From positions 121,189-185,188 of the forward strand of contig DAOUDW010000035.1 in the NCBI GenBank assembly GCA_034430895.1: a DNA stretch of 64,000 nt, written 5' to 3'. The stretch is from Anaerolineales bacterium (GTDB taxonomy: Bacteria; Chloroflexota; Anaerolineae; Anaerolineales; E44-bin32). The position numbers and the translations under genes are program-made. This document shows, one piece after another, positions 8,506 to 19,628 of the stretch; the first letter of the stretch is position 1; each line of letters opens with the position of its first letter. The notes under the pieces were generated by a model that saw only the letters and a program-made list of their open reading frames with translations, made no database searches and was not told the origin of the DNA.

Positions 8506-9495
8506 ATGGATTTAACGAGTAAAGACATAGCTACTGCGCGAGCGCATCCAAATATTGCTTTGATCAAATACTGGGGCAACCTCGATAATGAACTACGCCT
8601 ACCAGCCAACAGTTCACTTTCGTTTTCTCTGGGCACCCTCGAGACCCAAACGACAGTTCAGTTCGATGAGCAATTGACTTCGGATCGGGTCGTCATCGAT
8701 GATGTTCCCGCTAGCGATTCAGCCAGCCAGCGTGTTTGTTTGCATCTTGACCGTATTCGCCGTTTGGCAGACATCAAGACGTATGCTTATGTGGAAAGCA
8801 ACAGTAACTTTCCCTCCGGTGCAGGTATTGCCTCATCTGCATCTGCCTTTGCCGCCCTCACGCTTGCTGCTTGCTCGGCTTGCAACCTTGAAATCAATTC
8901 GCGCGCACTTTCTCGCCTGGCTCGTCAAGGCTCCGGGTCTGCAAGTCGCTCAATATTTGGCGGATTCGTTATTTGGTACGCCGGCAAGACGGATGCGGAA
9001 TCCTACGCAGAATCCATCGCGGATAAGTATCATTGGCCGATTGTCGACTTAATCACCATTGTCAATACCAGCCATAAGACTGTAGGCTCCTCCGAAGGAC
9101 ATCTGCTGGCTGAAACCAGCCCCCTGCAGATCATCCGCGTTGAGGATACTCCCCGTCGGCTTGAGATTTGCCAGCAAGCGATCATGGACCGCGATTTCAA
9201 CGCATTGGCTTCGATCGTCGAGCTGGACAGCAACATGATGCATGCCGTGATGATGACATCGAAACCTGCGCTGCTGTATTGGTCTGCGGCGACGATCGAG
9301 ATCATGAAAACCGTCTCCCGCTTGCGTCACGAAGGCCTCGATATTTGTTACACCATTGATGCCGGCCCAAACGTGCATTGTATCTGCACGCGCGAACATG
9401 CCCATTCTGCTCATGATGTCCTCAAGAAAATCCCTGGCGTCGTCGACATTCTCGAATCACCACCCGGTGATGGTGCCGTTACGCTCGATCGCTAA
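8506..9495 (+). CDS. GHMP-family mevalonate (di)phosphate decarboxylase
   Basis: Matching motifs are 'HPNIALIKYWGN', 'FPSGAGIASSASAFAAL', 'QGSGSASRSIFGGF' and 'YTIDAGPNVH'. The substrate (diphospho- versus monophospho-mevalonate) cannot be decided by eye. Confidence 0.88.
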   Translation: MDLTSKDIATARAHPNIALIKYWGNLDNELRLPANSSLSFSLGTLETQTTVQFDEQLTSDRVVIDDVPASDSASQRVCLHLDRIRRLADIKTYAYVESNSNFPSGAGIASSASAFAALTLAACSACNLEINSRALSRLARQGSGSASRSIFGGFVIWYAGKTDAESYAESIADKYHWPIVDLITIVNTSHKTVGSSEGHLLAETSPLQIIRVEDTPRRLEICQQAIMDRDFNALASIVELDSNMMHAVMMTSKPALLYWSAATIEIMKTVSRLRHEGLDICYTIDAGPNVHCICTREHAHSAHDVLKKIPGVVDILESPPGDGAVTLDR

Positions 9496-9590
9496 CTTCT
9501 TACTTGGTATTCTTTACCCCCACAAAACCAAGAAGCTCATTTGCCACAGTGATATAATCCATAAGATCAAAAGCCTAAAGGATATTTGTC

Positions 9591-10637
9591 GTGCCTGATT
9601 TTCTTCTTTTCATTGTGGTTCTCGGAACATTGCTTCTAGCCCACGAGTTTGGCCATTTCATTGCAGCCAAATTAACCAAGGTCAGAGTTGATGAATTCGG
9701 AATTGGATTCCCGCCTCGCATCTTGTCACTATTTGAAGCGGGTGGCACCAAGTTCACGCTTAATTTAATCCCTCTTGGAGGTTTCAACAGAATCGCTGGC
9801 GAAGATGATCCCGAAATCCCGGATGGCCTTGCATCAGCCAGCAAACGTGTGCGCGTATTAGTTCTCTCCGCTGGTTCCATTGCGAACATCCTTCTTGGTC
9901 TATTGGCGTTTGTCCTGGCGTTTAAATTCGCTGCCCCCGATGTAAACCGTGTCATTATCGCGGATGTGGTTGAATCAGCTCCCGCAGATGAATTCGGCGT
10001 CCAGGTCGGCGACCTGGTCAAATACGTGGATGATAATGCAATCACCAGTTTTGAAACCATGATTGATGCCATTCAAAATCGACCGGAAGATACCGTTCGA
10101 ATTGTTGTCGAACGAGAGGACCAATCGTTCACCTTCGAACTTGCCCCTCGCCTCGATTATCCATCGGACCAGGGTCCAATCGGTGTTACGCTTGGCCATC
10201 CCGCACTCGAAACGAGCTGGTTTGAAGCTGTACGGCTTGGCGCGGATTCTATCGTCATGCAAGTCGACGCATTGCTCAGTTTACCCGCCCGACTGATTCA
10301 AGGCATCGCAGAACCGGAAGAGACACGTCTCAGTGGCTTAAAAGGGATCCACGATATGCTGGCATGGGCAAACGAGATCGACCGTTCTGCACAACGACCT
10401 TTTCTGACACTCAACCTGATTGGCGTCATCAGTGTCGGACTCGCCCTGGCGAACTTACTTCCGTTTCCCGCGCTTGATGGCGGAAGGCTTTTATTCGTCT
10501 TTGCGGAAGCAATTTTGGGAAGAAGAATCCCACCAAAATTTGAGGCAATTATCCACACTGTCGGATTTGCTTTCTTACTCGTGCTGATGATCTACATCAA
10601 CCTCAAGGATTTCACCGATCCGCTGCCCCTGCCGTAG
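9591..10637 (+). CDS. rseP: RIP metalloprotease RseP (site-2 protease, M50 family)
   Basis: GTG start. It has the 'HEFGHF' zinc motif, a central PDZ-like segment and 'NLLPFPALDGGRL'. The extended -10 motif TGATATAAT lies upstream at about 9551-9559. Confidence 0.9.
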   Translation: MPDFLLFIVVLGTLLLAHEFGHFIAAKLTKVRVDEFGIGFPPRILSLFEAGGTKFTLNLIPLGGFNRIAGEDDPEIPDGLASASKRVRVLVLSAGSIANILLGLLAFVLAFKFAAPDVNRVIIADVVESAPADEFGVQVGDLVKYVDDNAITSFETMIDAIQNRPEDTVRIVVEREDQSFTFELAPRLDYPSDQGPIGVTLGHPALETSWFEAVRLGADSIVMQVDALLSLPARLIQGIAEPEETRLSGLKGIHDMLAWANEIDRSAQRPFLTLNLIGVISVGLALANLLPFPALDGGRLLFVFAEAILGRRIPPKFEAIIHTVGFAFLLVLMIYINLKDFTDPLPLP

Positions 10638-10657
10638 TTGAATCCGATGGTATCGAT

Positions 10658-11623
10658 ATGGAAAAATCGTTTCTAGAACTGCTTGAGATCTTGCGTGATG
10701 AAAATCAATCGATTCCGGCTCAACGTCTCGATGAATTATCCGATCTCGATAAAGAACATTGCCGACAATTTTCCACTGTGTGGACTTCCATTCCAACGCA
10801 GCGAAAAATGCAACTTCTTCAGGTCATGGGACAGCAAGCATTCGATCATTTCGAACTATCATTCGAAGCGATCAATCGAATCGCAATTCTTGATCCCGCT
10901 TCAGAAGTACGATCGATCGCGATTGAGAATTTATGGGAAAGCGAAGACCCTTCTCTCATCCCGATTTTATTAGAATCCTTGACATGCAAAGACGATGCCC
11001 AAATTCGCGCAGTCGCAGCGACAGCCTTAGGGAAATTCGTATGGCTTGGCGAGATCGTCAAGATCACCCCTGAACTCTTACGACAAATCGAATCTGGCTT
11101 GCTCGCTGCATGCCGAGACGACGATGCTCATGATGTTCGGAAAAGATCTCTTGAATCTATCGGATATTCATCGCATGACCAAGTTCCACAACACATCGAA
11201 GAAGCCTACAACTCTGAAAACGAGGAGATGCAGCAATCCGCCATTCTCGCTATGGGGCGTTCAGCAAATGAACGTTGGGCTTCGTACATCCTCGCTGAAC
11301 TATCCAGCCCAAGTCCTTTAATCCGCCTGGAGGCTACTCACGCCGCAGGCGAACTCGAGGTCCTCGAAGCCGTCGATTCACTCATCGATTTACTTCAAGA
11401 CGTGAATGACGGGATTCGACTCGCCGCAATTTGGTCGCTCGCCGAATTGGGCGGCGAAGCCGCGGCGAATGCGCTCGTCGAGCTTGGCGAACAATCTGAA
11501 GACAGCGAATTGCAGGACGTGATCCAGGACGCTATCGATCATATGGCCTTTATGGAGGGCTCACGCAATTTGCTCTTGTTCGATTTCGATGAGGATCAAA
11601 ACTTCATGGCACCCGAATCTTGA
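10658..11623 (+). CDS. HEAT-repeat protein
   Basis: Repeated 'xxVRxxAaxaLGxig' units, for example 'IRLAAIWSLAELGGEAAANALVEL' and 'IRAVAATALGKF'. Confidence 0.8.
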   Translation: MEKSFLELLEILRDENQSIPAQRLDELSDLDKEHCRQFSTVWTSIPTQRKMQLLQVMGQQAFDHFELSFEAINRIAILDPASEVRSIAIENLWESEDPSLIPILLESLTCKDDAQIRAVAATALGKFVWLGEIVKITPELLRQIESGLLAACRDDDAHDVRKRSLESIGYSSHDQVPQHIEEAYNSENEEMQQSAILAMGRSANERWASYILAELSSPSPLIRLEATHAAGELEVLEAVDSLIDLLQDVNDGIRLAAIWSLAELGGEAAANALVELGEQSEDSELQDVIQDAIDHMAFMEGSRNLLLFDFDEDQNFMAPES

Positions 11624-12531
11624 TTGAACTACTCCATCTTTTCTCCTCCAACTTACTCCCGATCATTCTCGTCGCCGGAATCGGTTTTGCGCTGCAGAAA
11701 CGCATTGGAATCGATCCTCACCCAATTTCCCAGATCGTTTTCTACGCCTTATCCCCTGCCCTGGTTTTTAGTCTTTTAATATCTACCGAAATATCAGGCA
11801 ACGAATTGATGCAAATGGCCGCTCTGGCTGTGATCAATATCATCGTTGTTGCCATCCTATGCGTTGTAATCGGCCGCGTTCGGAGACTCGAAGCGCCCCT
11901 CCTTTCGGCTTTTATTCTCACATCCAGCTTCATGAACGCTGGAAATTATGGGCTTCCGCTTTCGCGATTGGCGTTTGGCGAAAGTGGATTGGCATGGGCA
12001 AGTATTTATTTTGTCACCAGCGCGATGATGGTTAATTCTTTGGGGGTTTATGTAGCAAGCGTTGGCAAACAATCACCCTTTAATGCACTTCTCGGCTTGC
12101 TAAAAGTGCCTTCTGTATATGCGATACCCCTTGCGCTTATTATCCGCTCGAACGGGATCGAACTTCCCGCGTGGATCTCACATCCCGTCGAAATGATGGG
12201 ATCCGGCTCGATACCCGTCATGCTCGTAGTTCTTGGAATTCAAATCGGTCGCCTGAACACCTTCAATCATAAAGGTCTTCTATCCCAAACTGTCCTGTTG
12301 CGATTGATCATCTCACCTCTCGTGGCATGGCTAATCTCACCGTTATTCAATCTTGATGCAATCGCCCGGGATGCCGCTTTCCTTCAGGCAGGCATGCCCT
12401 CTGCTGTGTTTAATATGGTTATTGCAACCAAGTATGATATTGAATCCGAATTTGTTACGGGCGCACTAGTGGCGACGACATTGATCAGCCCACTTACCGT
12501 CACTGCCCTGCTTTTCGTGCTTGGTGTTTAG
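11620..12531 (+). CDS. AEC (auxin efflux carrier) family transporter
   Basis: 303-aa polytopic protein starting 'LLPIILVAGIGFALQKRIGID...'. The length and two-half topology are typical of the AEC family. The TTG start overlaps the upstream stop. Confidence 0.75.
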   Translation: MIELLHLFSSNLLPIILVAGIGFALQKRIGIDPHPISQIVFYALSPALVFSLLISTEISGNELMQMAALAVINIIVVAILCVVIGRVRRLEAPLLSAFILTSSFMNAGNYGLPLSRLAFGESGLAWASIYFVTSAMMVNSLGVYVASVGKQSPFNALLGLLKVPSVYAIPLALIIRSNGIELPAWISHPVEMMGSGSIPVMLVVLGIQIGRLNTFNHKGLLSQTVLLRLIISPLVAWLISPLFNLDAIARDAAFLQAGMPSAVFNMVIATKYDIESEFVTGALVATTLISPLTVTALLFVLGV

Positions 12532-12592
12532 TCTTGGCACGATTCAAATTTATCCGTCGTCCGACCATATACATCGAGAGGATTTTCAAGCT

Positions 12593-13135
12593 ATGTCAAA
12601 AACCTTTGTCTTCGACCTGGAAACAAAACGCCTGGCTCAAGAAGTTGGCGGTTGGGATCATATTGATCGACTTGGTCTTGCCGTGGCCGTTCTATTCGAC
12701 ATTGAATCTGATTCGTATCTTCACTTTACAGAAGATCAATCCCAGTCGCTCGTCGATACCATACTCAACGCCGATCGAATGATCGGCTTTAATATCATTC
12801 GATTCGATTATGCTGTTTTGAAACCCTATGGCCTGGCTATGTCTTCATCCCTTATGGAAAAGACAACCGATTTATTGCTGGACATTTATCAAGCCCTTGG
12901 ATTTCGCGTCTCGCTTGACAATCTTGCTTCTGCTTCCATGCAAACCCAGAAGAGTGCCGACGGATTGCAAGCCGTGGCCTGGTATAAAGAAGGAAAAATG
13001 GAAGAGGTAATGAAGTACTGTGAAATCGATGTTGCCGTCACAAAGCAGTTATGGGAATTTGGAGTAGAACACGGCTGCGTCTACTTCCTGGATCGTAACG
13101 GTCGCCGCCGTTCCGTTAATGTAAACTGGCCTTAA
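12593..13135 (+). CDS. RNase H-fold (3'-5' exonuclease-like) domain protein
   Basis: Start set at ATG 12593, preceded by GAGAGGA. 'FVFDLETKRL...' (DxE motif) and 'IGFNIIRFDYAVL' are typical of DEDD/RNase-H-like exonuclease domains. Confidence 0.55.
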   Translation: MSKTFVFDLETKRLAQEVGGWDHIDRLGLAVAVLFDIESDSYLHFTEDQSQSLVDTILNADRMIGFNIIRFDYAVLKPYGLAMSSSLMEKTTDLLLDIYQALGFRVSLDNLASASMQTQKSADGLQAVAWYKEGKMEEVMKYCEIDVAVTKQLWEFGVEHGCVYFLDRNGRRRSVNVNWP

Positions 13136-13179
13136 TGAATCGGATCTCGCAGAGATGGTCCCAATCCTGTCACTCGTTA

Positions 13180-14796
13180 TCAATCCTCGCGCTTTCCCAA
13201 TATATCGGCGATATTTCCGTTTTCCGACGACCAAATGAAAGTAGCATTTCCATCGTCAGACGAAAGCGCATAGGAAAAAATCGCTCCCACGCCTTGCACG
13301 CTGTTGATTTGACGCTTGAACGCCAAGTACTGCTGCGCCTTAATTTCAGCTTTTCCGGCAATCGACGGGTTGTTGAACTCCGTAACGAAAAGCAATTTAT
13401 GCGGAAACGCCTTTCGATAGGCCATCACCCGGCCCTTTCCTTGCTTAGCGTACATCCCGCTCATGCCCGTCCAATAGCAATGAACACCAATCCAATCCGC
13501 ACTGTCCATTGCATCCTCTGCTTCATGCATGAACTGATCGGAATTTTCCCGCCTACCAGAAATCTCATCACCGGGCGATAATCCGGGAAACCCGATCTTT
13601 ATATCAGGAAAACTGTGCCTCAATTGATCCGTAACCCGTAGAAACCACCCACCGAAATCTCTCCCGTTCATCCAGGATCGACGCCAACCAGCCGATTGAA
13701 GATTTGGATTGGCATGCACTTCAAAATACTGCACCCCTTGGCGGTAAAAACGACCCACGTCGGCTTCCACTTTTCGCACAAAATCATCTGCCGTTACCGG
13801 GCTTCCTGAAAAATCTGCGGTCAAACGAACCATAATAAAGATCTCCGGATTTAACCCGCGCAATTGCGGTATTGCCTCTTCTTTCTCGCAGTTCTCGATT
13901 TTGATACATTCAAGTCGGGCACGGGAAATCAACGTAAGATCATCTTCTGTAAGCGGCGCGCCTATGCGACCATGAGCTCCAAATAACATTTTTCCCAAAG
14001 GCCAGCCATGGCTCACGATGCTCTTGCTGCATGCCGTTTCCGGCCACACCAGGAACGGTGTAGGATCGATCACGTCTTTTGGATAATCTGTCTCACCACG
14101 CTGTGTTGCGCCATCCTGTTTGAGAGTCAGATGGAGATGGGAACCTACCGATGCGCCGGTGGAGTCCGCTTTTCCAATGATATCTCCCGCTTTTACCATT
14201 TGCCCATTTACGACAAGCGACTTGGCGAAATGTGCATAGACCGTTTTGTATCCATGATCGTGTTGAATTCGAACGTGAATACCATAAGGATGATTGTCCG
14301 GATTTTTGTGCACGCTATATACAACACCATCCGCACAGGCATAGATGTTGGTATTCGGCCTTGCGCGGAAATCCACCCCTTCGTGTCCGGGAAAACCCCA
14401 ACGTCCATAGATTTCCGGATGTGCCCGGAATTCCTGTGTGATAACCGCAAATTCCGTGGGCCAGATCAAATAAAACGGCCGTTGTTTTTGACCGTATCGA
14501 TCATTGTCCTTAACGCGTGAAGCCAATGCTTCCTTGAAGCAAATGGGGTCTTTGGCCTCAACCGCATCCAAACGAATCCCGGGACAGGCATTCCTGAGCC
14601 ACTGCTGCATGTCTCCGTATTCACCATAGCCTTCCGCAACTTCCGGGAATGTAATCACCTGCCGAGGCGCCATGTACACCGCGGCGGTTTTTGGTTTGTA
14701 TGTTATGTTGGGACCAAAGCGCATCACGTACGAGCTGCTTGCTCGCACCCAAGTCCAATAGTCTTCGGACGGCAGTAACAAAATTTGATAATCCAT
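13180..14796 (-). CDS. M23 metallopeptidase fused to a C-terminal clan GH-A-like TIM-barrel domain
   Basis: The M23 motifs are 'HEGVDF' and 'GSHLHLTLK'. The C-terminal half has 'YFEVHANPN' and 'LLFVTEFNN', which resemble the beta-4 and beta-7 motifs of clan GH-A. No N-terminal signal peptide is visible. Confidence 0.8.
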   Translation of the reverse strand: MDYQILLLPSEDYWTWVRASSSYVMRFGPNITYKPKTAAVYMAPRQVITFPEVAEGYGEYGDMQQWLRNACPGIRLDAVEAKDPICFKEALASRVKDNDRYGQKQRPFYLIWPTEFAVITQEFRAHPEIYGRWGFPGHEGVDFRARPNTNIYACADGVVYSVHKNPDNHPYGIHVRIQHDHGYKTVYAHFAKSLVVNGQMVKAGDIIGKADSTGASVGSHLHLTLKQDGATQRGETDYPKDVIDPTPFLVWPETACSKSIVSHGWPLGKMLFGAHGRIGAPLTEDDLTLISRARLECIKIENCEKEEAIPQLRGLNPEIFIMVRLTADFSGSPVTADDFVRKVEADVGRFYRQGVQYFEVHANPNLQSAGWRRSWMNGRDFGGWFLRVTDQLRHSFPDIKIGFPGLSPGDEISGRRENSDQFMHEAEDAMDSADWIGVHCYWTGMSGMYAKQGKGRVMAYRKAFPHKLLFVTEFNNPSIAGKAEIKAQQYLAFKRQINSVQGVGAIFSYALSSDDGNATFIWSSENGNIADILGKRED

Positions 14797-14814
14797 TCGC
14801 CCCTCCCCAAAGTT

Positions 14815-15516
14815 TTACGAGAAACCCAATCCCTTGGACTTTAGTGACACATATCGGTTCTTTCCGATGATCAAATGATCTAACACTTCGATATCCAACA
14901 GCTCTCCGGATTCAACGAGCGCTTTCGTAACCCGCACATCTTCCGGACTTGGCGTAGGATCTCCGCTGGGATGATTGTGCGCCACAATGATTGCCGCGGC
15001 ATTGGCGCGTATTGCCTCTCGGAAAATCTCCCCGATACGGATCATCGAGCTGTTCAAAGAACCCCGATAGACTTCCACCGTTCGCAGTACGCGATTGCGT
15101 GTGTCCAAGAGCAGCACACGTAAATGCTCCTGCTCCAGTGCGCCCATCTCGTACAGCAGCAACGCAGCGGCGTCCTCCGGCGACTGAATAACCGGTCGCT
15201 CTTCGGGCGACGCGATGGACAATCTTCGCCCCAGTTCGATCGCTGCTTTTATCTGTGCGGCCTTTGCCGGACCAATGCCTCGACGATCGCACAACGCCTC
15301 CAAAGGTGCTTGATGCAACCCAGTCAACCCTCCCATTTCCAGGAGCAATTTTTGTGCCATCTGGAGTACGTTCATCCCTTCGATTCCCGCACGTAATAAA
15401 ATAGAGATCAACTCCGCGTTCGATAGCGAAGTCGGTCCAAGCATTAAAAGACGTTCCCTTGGTCGATCCGAGGATTCCATATCGGTGATACGGTAATATG
15501 CTTTGCTGTCCCCCAT
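14815..15516 (-). CDS. radC: RadC-family JAB/MPN domain protein
   Basis: It has 'RPRERLL', '[10 protein letters not shown]' and the JAMM motif '[14 protein letters not shown]'. A strong SD (GGAGGGGGA) precedes the ATG at 15516. Confidence 0.9.
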   Translation of the reverse strand: MGDSKAYYRITDMESSDRPRERLLMLGPTSLSNAELISILLRAGIEGMNVLQMAQKLLLEMGGLTGLHQAPLEALCDRRGIGPAKAAQIKAAIELGRRLSIASPEERPVIQSPEDAAALLLYEMGALEQEHLRVLLLDTRNRVLRTVEVYRGSLNSSMIRIGEIFREAIRANAAAIIVAHNHPSGDPTPSPEDVRVTKALVESGELLDIEVLDHLIIGKNRYVSLKSKGLGFS

Positions 15517-15650
15517 TCCCCCTCCACAATGTAGAAGATGCTTGCGTCACTATACTGTATAACGAACAACAGTGTCAAAACCCGGATCTCAATAAGGGAT
15601 TAAAGCATTTCCGTTTACCGTTTTCGTTATTAAAATTCTTTTTCCTTCCC

Positions 15651-15661
15651 TGTGCTATAAT
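15651..15661 (+). promoter_or_regulatory. Extended -10 promoter element
   Basis: TGTGCTATAAT, identical to the 11-mer upstream of hisS. It lies 21 nt upstream of the AAGGAG-ATG of the next gene. Confidence 0.5.
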
Positions 15662-15682
15662 CCGCAACCGAAGGAGCGCAAC

Positions 15683-16177
15683 ATGTTTGATGCGTTGAAT
15701 TTTGGATCGCTTGGAAATGTCCTTACCACGCTCACCGCCTTCTTTGGCGCGTTTCTCGCCGCTTTATGGTTAAGCCTGGTGTTCTGGACCTATCGTGACG
15801 CGCGAACACGAACGCAGGATCGAATCGTTCATATCCTGGCGGCTCTCGTTGTACTCGTCCTCAATATTTTGGGGGTCGTCATATATTACGTACTTCGCCC
15901 GCGGCAAACACTGGACGAAGCATATCAGCAATCCCTCGAAGAAGAAGCACTTCTGTCCCAAATCGAAAGCCGCATGGCTTGCCCGGGCTGCGGCGCCAAT
16001 ACGCATATCGACTGGCAAGTTTGCCCGCTGTGTCACACGCGATTGCGTAAACCTTGCGTACGCTGCGGGAAACTAATGGAACTCCCCTGGCAGATCTGTC
16101 CTTACTGCAGCACACCTGCTTCCAGCAACCATGAGGATTCTTCTCCTTCATCAAACGCAACTCCAGTATTCGACTAG
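15683..16177 (+). CDS. Membrane-anchored double zinc-ribbon protein
   Basis: Two N-terminal TM helices ('ALWLSLVFWTYRDARTR' resembles a PLDc_N-type anchor). They are followed by CPGC...CPLC and CVRC...CPYC zinc-ribbon pairs. Confidence 0.7.
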   Translation: MFDALNFGSLGNVLTTLTAFFGAFLAALWLSLVFWTYRDARTRTQDRIVHILAALVVLVLNILGVVIYYVLRPRQTLDEAYQQSLEEEALLSQIESRMACPGCGANTHIDWQVCPLCHTRLRKPCVRCGKLMELPWQICPYCSTPASSNHEDSSPSSNATPVFD

Positions 16178-16199
16178 CTGATATCTCCAACAAACACCA

Positions 16200-16231
16200 A
16201 GAGAGCGACTTTTGGTCAGTCGCTCTCTTTT
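16200..16231. terminator. Bidirectional intrinsic terminator (zinc-ribbon gene / eno)
   Basis: An 11-bp perfect stem AGAGAGCGACT/AGTCGCTCTCT with a 7-nt loop, flanked by a T-run on the plus strand and a T-rich tail on the minus strand. Confidence 0.7.
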
Positions 16232-16248
16232 AATCCTCGATCTAGCGA

Positions 16249-17700
<1,452 letters not shown>

Positions 17701-17752
17701 TTAACCCACCACACACACATCGCAAACCGGATATTCCGAGGCGTAGGTCAAA

Positions 17753-18823
17753 ATGATCTCGGCCATTACTCGCGTTGCCATCGCCATGAGTGGCGGCGTC
17801 GATAGTTCGGTTGCAGCGGCGTTACTCGTTGATAACGGATATGAAGTTTTGGGCGTTATGATGCGGCTTTGGAGTACAAGCCCGGATCTCCCCAACCGTT
17901 GCTGCACGCCAAAAGACGTCGAGATCGCACGCGGCGTCGCATCCCTCCTCGATATTCCTTTCTATGAACTCGACGTGATGACCTTGTTCAAACAAAACGT
18001 TGTTGACGCCTTCACTGATGCGTATCTCCGCGGGATTACGCCCAATCCATGTTTGATCTGTAACCGCAGCATACGCTGGGGCTTTCTATTAGAAAAAGCA
18101 CAAGAGATGGGCGCATCCCATCTTGCCACAGGCCATTATGCACGCGTTGATAAAAAAGACTCAGAATTTCGCCTGCTTCGAGGAGAAGACCTATCGAAGG
18201 ACCAGAGTTACGTACTCAGCACGCTTCAACAGTCCGATCTCGCCCATTCTATTTTCCCCCTTGGTGAACTCAGCAAAGAAGAAGTACGTCAACTCGCTCG
18301 GCGATTCAACTTTCCTGTGGCAGAAAAACCGGACAGCCAGGATTTGTGCTTCGTCCCTGACGGAGATTACCGTTCCTTCCTGCGCCAACAAGCGCCACGT
18401 CTTCCACCGCCTGGCCCAATCATCGACTTACGGGGAACGCAGATCGGCACGCATGCCGGTCTTTCAAATTACACTATCGGACAGCGTCGCGGGATTGGCA
18501 TTTCTGCCCCCGAGGCGCTTTATGTTGTCGATAAGCAAATTGAATCGAACACACTTGTCGTTGGCAAACGCAGCGCGCTTGGCCGAAAGGTATTCACCAC
18601 AGAACCGATCGATTGGATTGCCGGTTATCCGCCCGATCCATCGATGCCTCTCGTTGTGAGGGTTCGTTACAAGGCGGTCGAAGTTCCTGCAGCGATCGAT
18701 ATCAAAGAAGACAGGTCTGTCGAAGTCTACTTATCGAATGCCGTTGCGGATATTACACCCGGTCAATCTGCGGTATTCTATTCAGGTGAGATTTGTTTGG
18801 GTGGAGGCATCATTCGCATATGA
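17753..18823 (+). CDS. mnmA: tRNA 2-thiouridine(34) synthase MnmA
   Basis: PP-loop 'AMSGGVDSSVAA', 'CCTPKD' and 'ATGHYAR'. Confidence 0.95.
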   Translation: MISAITRVAIAMSGGVDSSVAAALLVDNGYEVLGVMMRLWSTSPDLPNRCCTPKDVEIARGVASLLDIPFYELDVMTLFKQNVVDAFTDAYLRGITPNPCLICNRSIRWGFLLEKAQEMGASHLATGHYARVDKKDSEFRLLRGEDLSKDQSYVLSTLQQSDLAHSIFPLGELSKEEVRQLARRFNFPVAEKPDSQDLCFVPDGDYRSFLRQQAPRLPPPGPIIDLRGTQIGTHAGLSNYTIGQRRGIGISAPEALYVVDKQIESNTLVVGKRSALGRKVFTTEPIDWIAGYPPDPSMPLVVRVRYKAVEVPAAIDIKEDRSVEVYLSNAVADITPGQSAVFYSGEICLGGGIIRI

Positions 18824-19122
18824 GCATTCCTTCCTTCTTTTTCGGATTGGTTATCGCCACAATCTGCGGCCTGTTGTTTCATTTACTGCGTGGAGGTCGC
18901 CTGTCGAGAATGCTGCTGTACATCGCAACAGCCTGGGTTTCTTTCTTTGCCGGACAATTGGTAAGCGAATGGATCTCCTGGCGTGTCTTGCGTTTCGGCT
19001 CGCTCAACCTCCTTCCCGATTTAATCGCCACGCTCATCGGCCTGATGACGGCGCATGTTCTGGCTGGCCCGGAAAGTAAATCCGACACATCGCCTCGCAA
19101 GAGGATACGCAGGCGTAAATAA
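18820..19122 (+). CDS. Small membrane protein, unknown function
   Basis: The ATG overlaps the mnmA stop as ATGA. It has three hydrophobic segments and a basic C-terminal tail. Confidence 0.5.
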   Translation: MSIPSFFFGLVIATICGLLFHLLRGGRLSRMLLYIATAWVSFFAGQLVSEWISWRVLRFGSLNLLPDLIATLIGLMTAHVLAGPESKSDTSPRKRIRRRK

Positions 19123-19128
19123 TCCTTA

Positions 19129-19137
19129 TGCTATAAT
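19129..19137 (+). promoter_or_regulatory. Extended -10 promoter element
   Basis: TGCTATAAT, 34 nt upstream of the GTG start at 19171. Confidence 0.45.
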
Positions 19138-19170
19138 GTTCGCAATCATCCAGAAAGCAAGGTTATTCGC

Positions 19171-19602
19171 GTGGATTTCGAAGAAAACCGAAACCAACCC
19201 AACGAAGAAGACGGAAGTTCTCCATGGTTGGTAATTCTCATTATATCTATCGTTTTGATTGTCATTGCCGGCTTGGTAGTTGCTGTGATTGTATTACTCA
19301 ATCATCCAGAACAGACGGAGGCACTGCGAGACATTGTCATTATCTTCGTCGCTGTCGAATCATTAATCATCGGGCTCGCCCTGATCTTATTAATCGTCCA
19401 AATCTCCCGTCTTACTGCCATCATCCAAAATGAAGTAAAACCTTTGATTGATTCTGGAAACGAAACCATCAATACGTTACGGGGAACATCTCAATTCCTT
19501 AGTGATAAAATGGTTCGACCGGTTATTAAAATGAACAGTACATTCGCTGCCATTCGACGAGCAGTCGATTTGATCAAGTCCGGACGCTCAAAACCACACT
19601 GA
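19171..19602 (+). CDS. Membrane protein, unknown function
   Basis: 143-aa ORF with a GTG start, two TM helices and then an amphipathic C-terminal region. No motif I recognise. Confidence 0.55.
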   Translation: MDFEENRNQPNEEDGSSPWLVILIISIVLIVIAGLVVAVIVLLNHPEQTEALRDIVIIFVAVESLIIGLALILLIVQISRLTAIIQNEVKPLIDSGNETINTLRGTSQFLSDKMVRPVIKMNSTFAAIRRAVDLIKSGRSKPH

Positions 19603-19628
19603 AGTTCTTACGTAGAGGAGTGATAACC

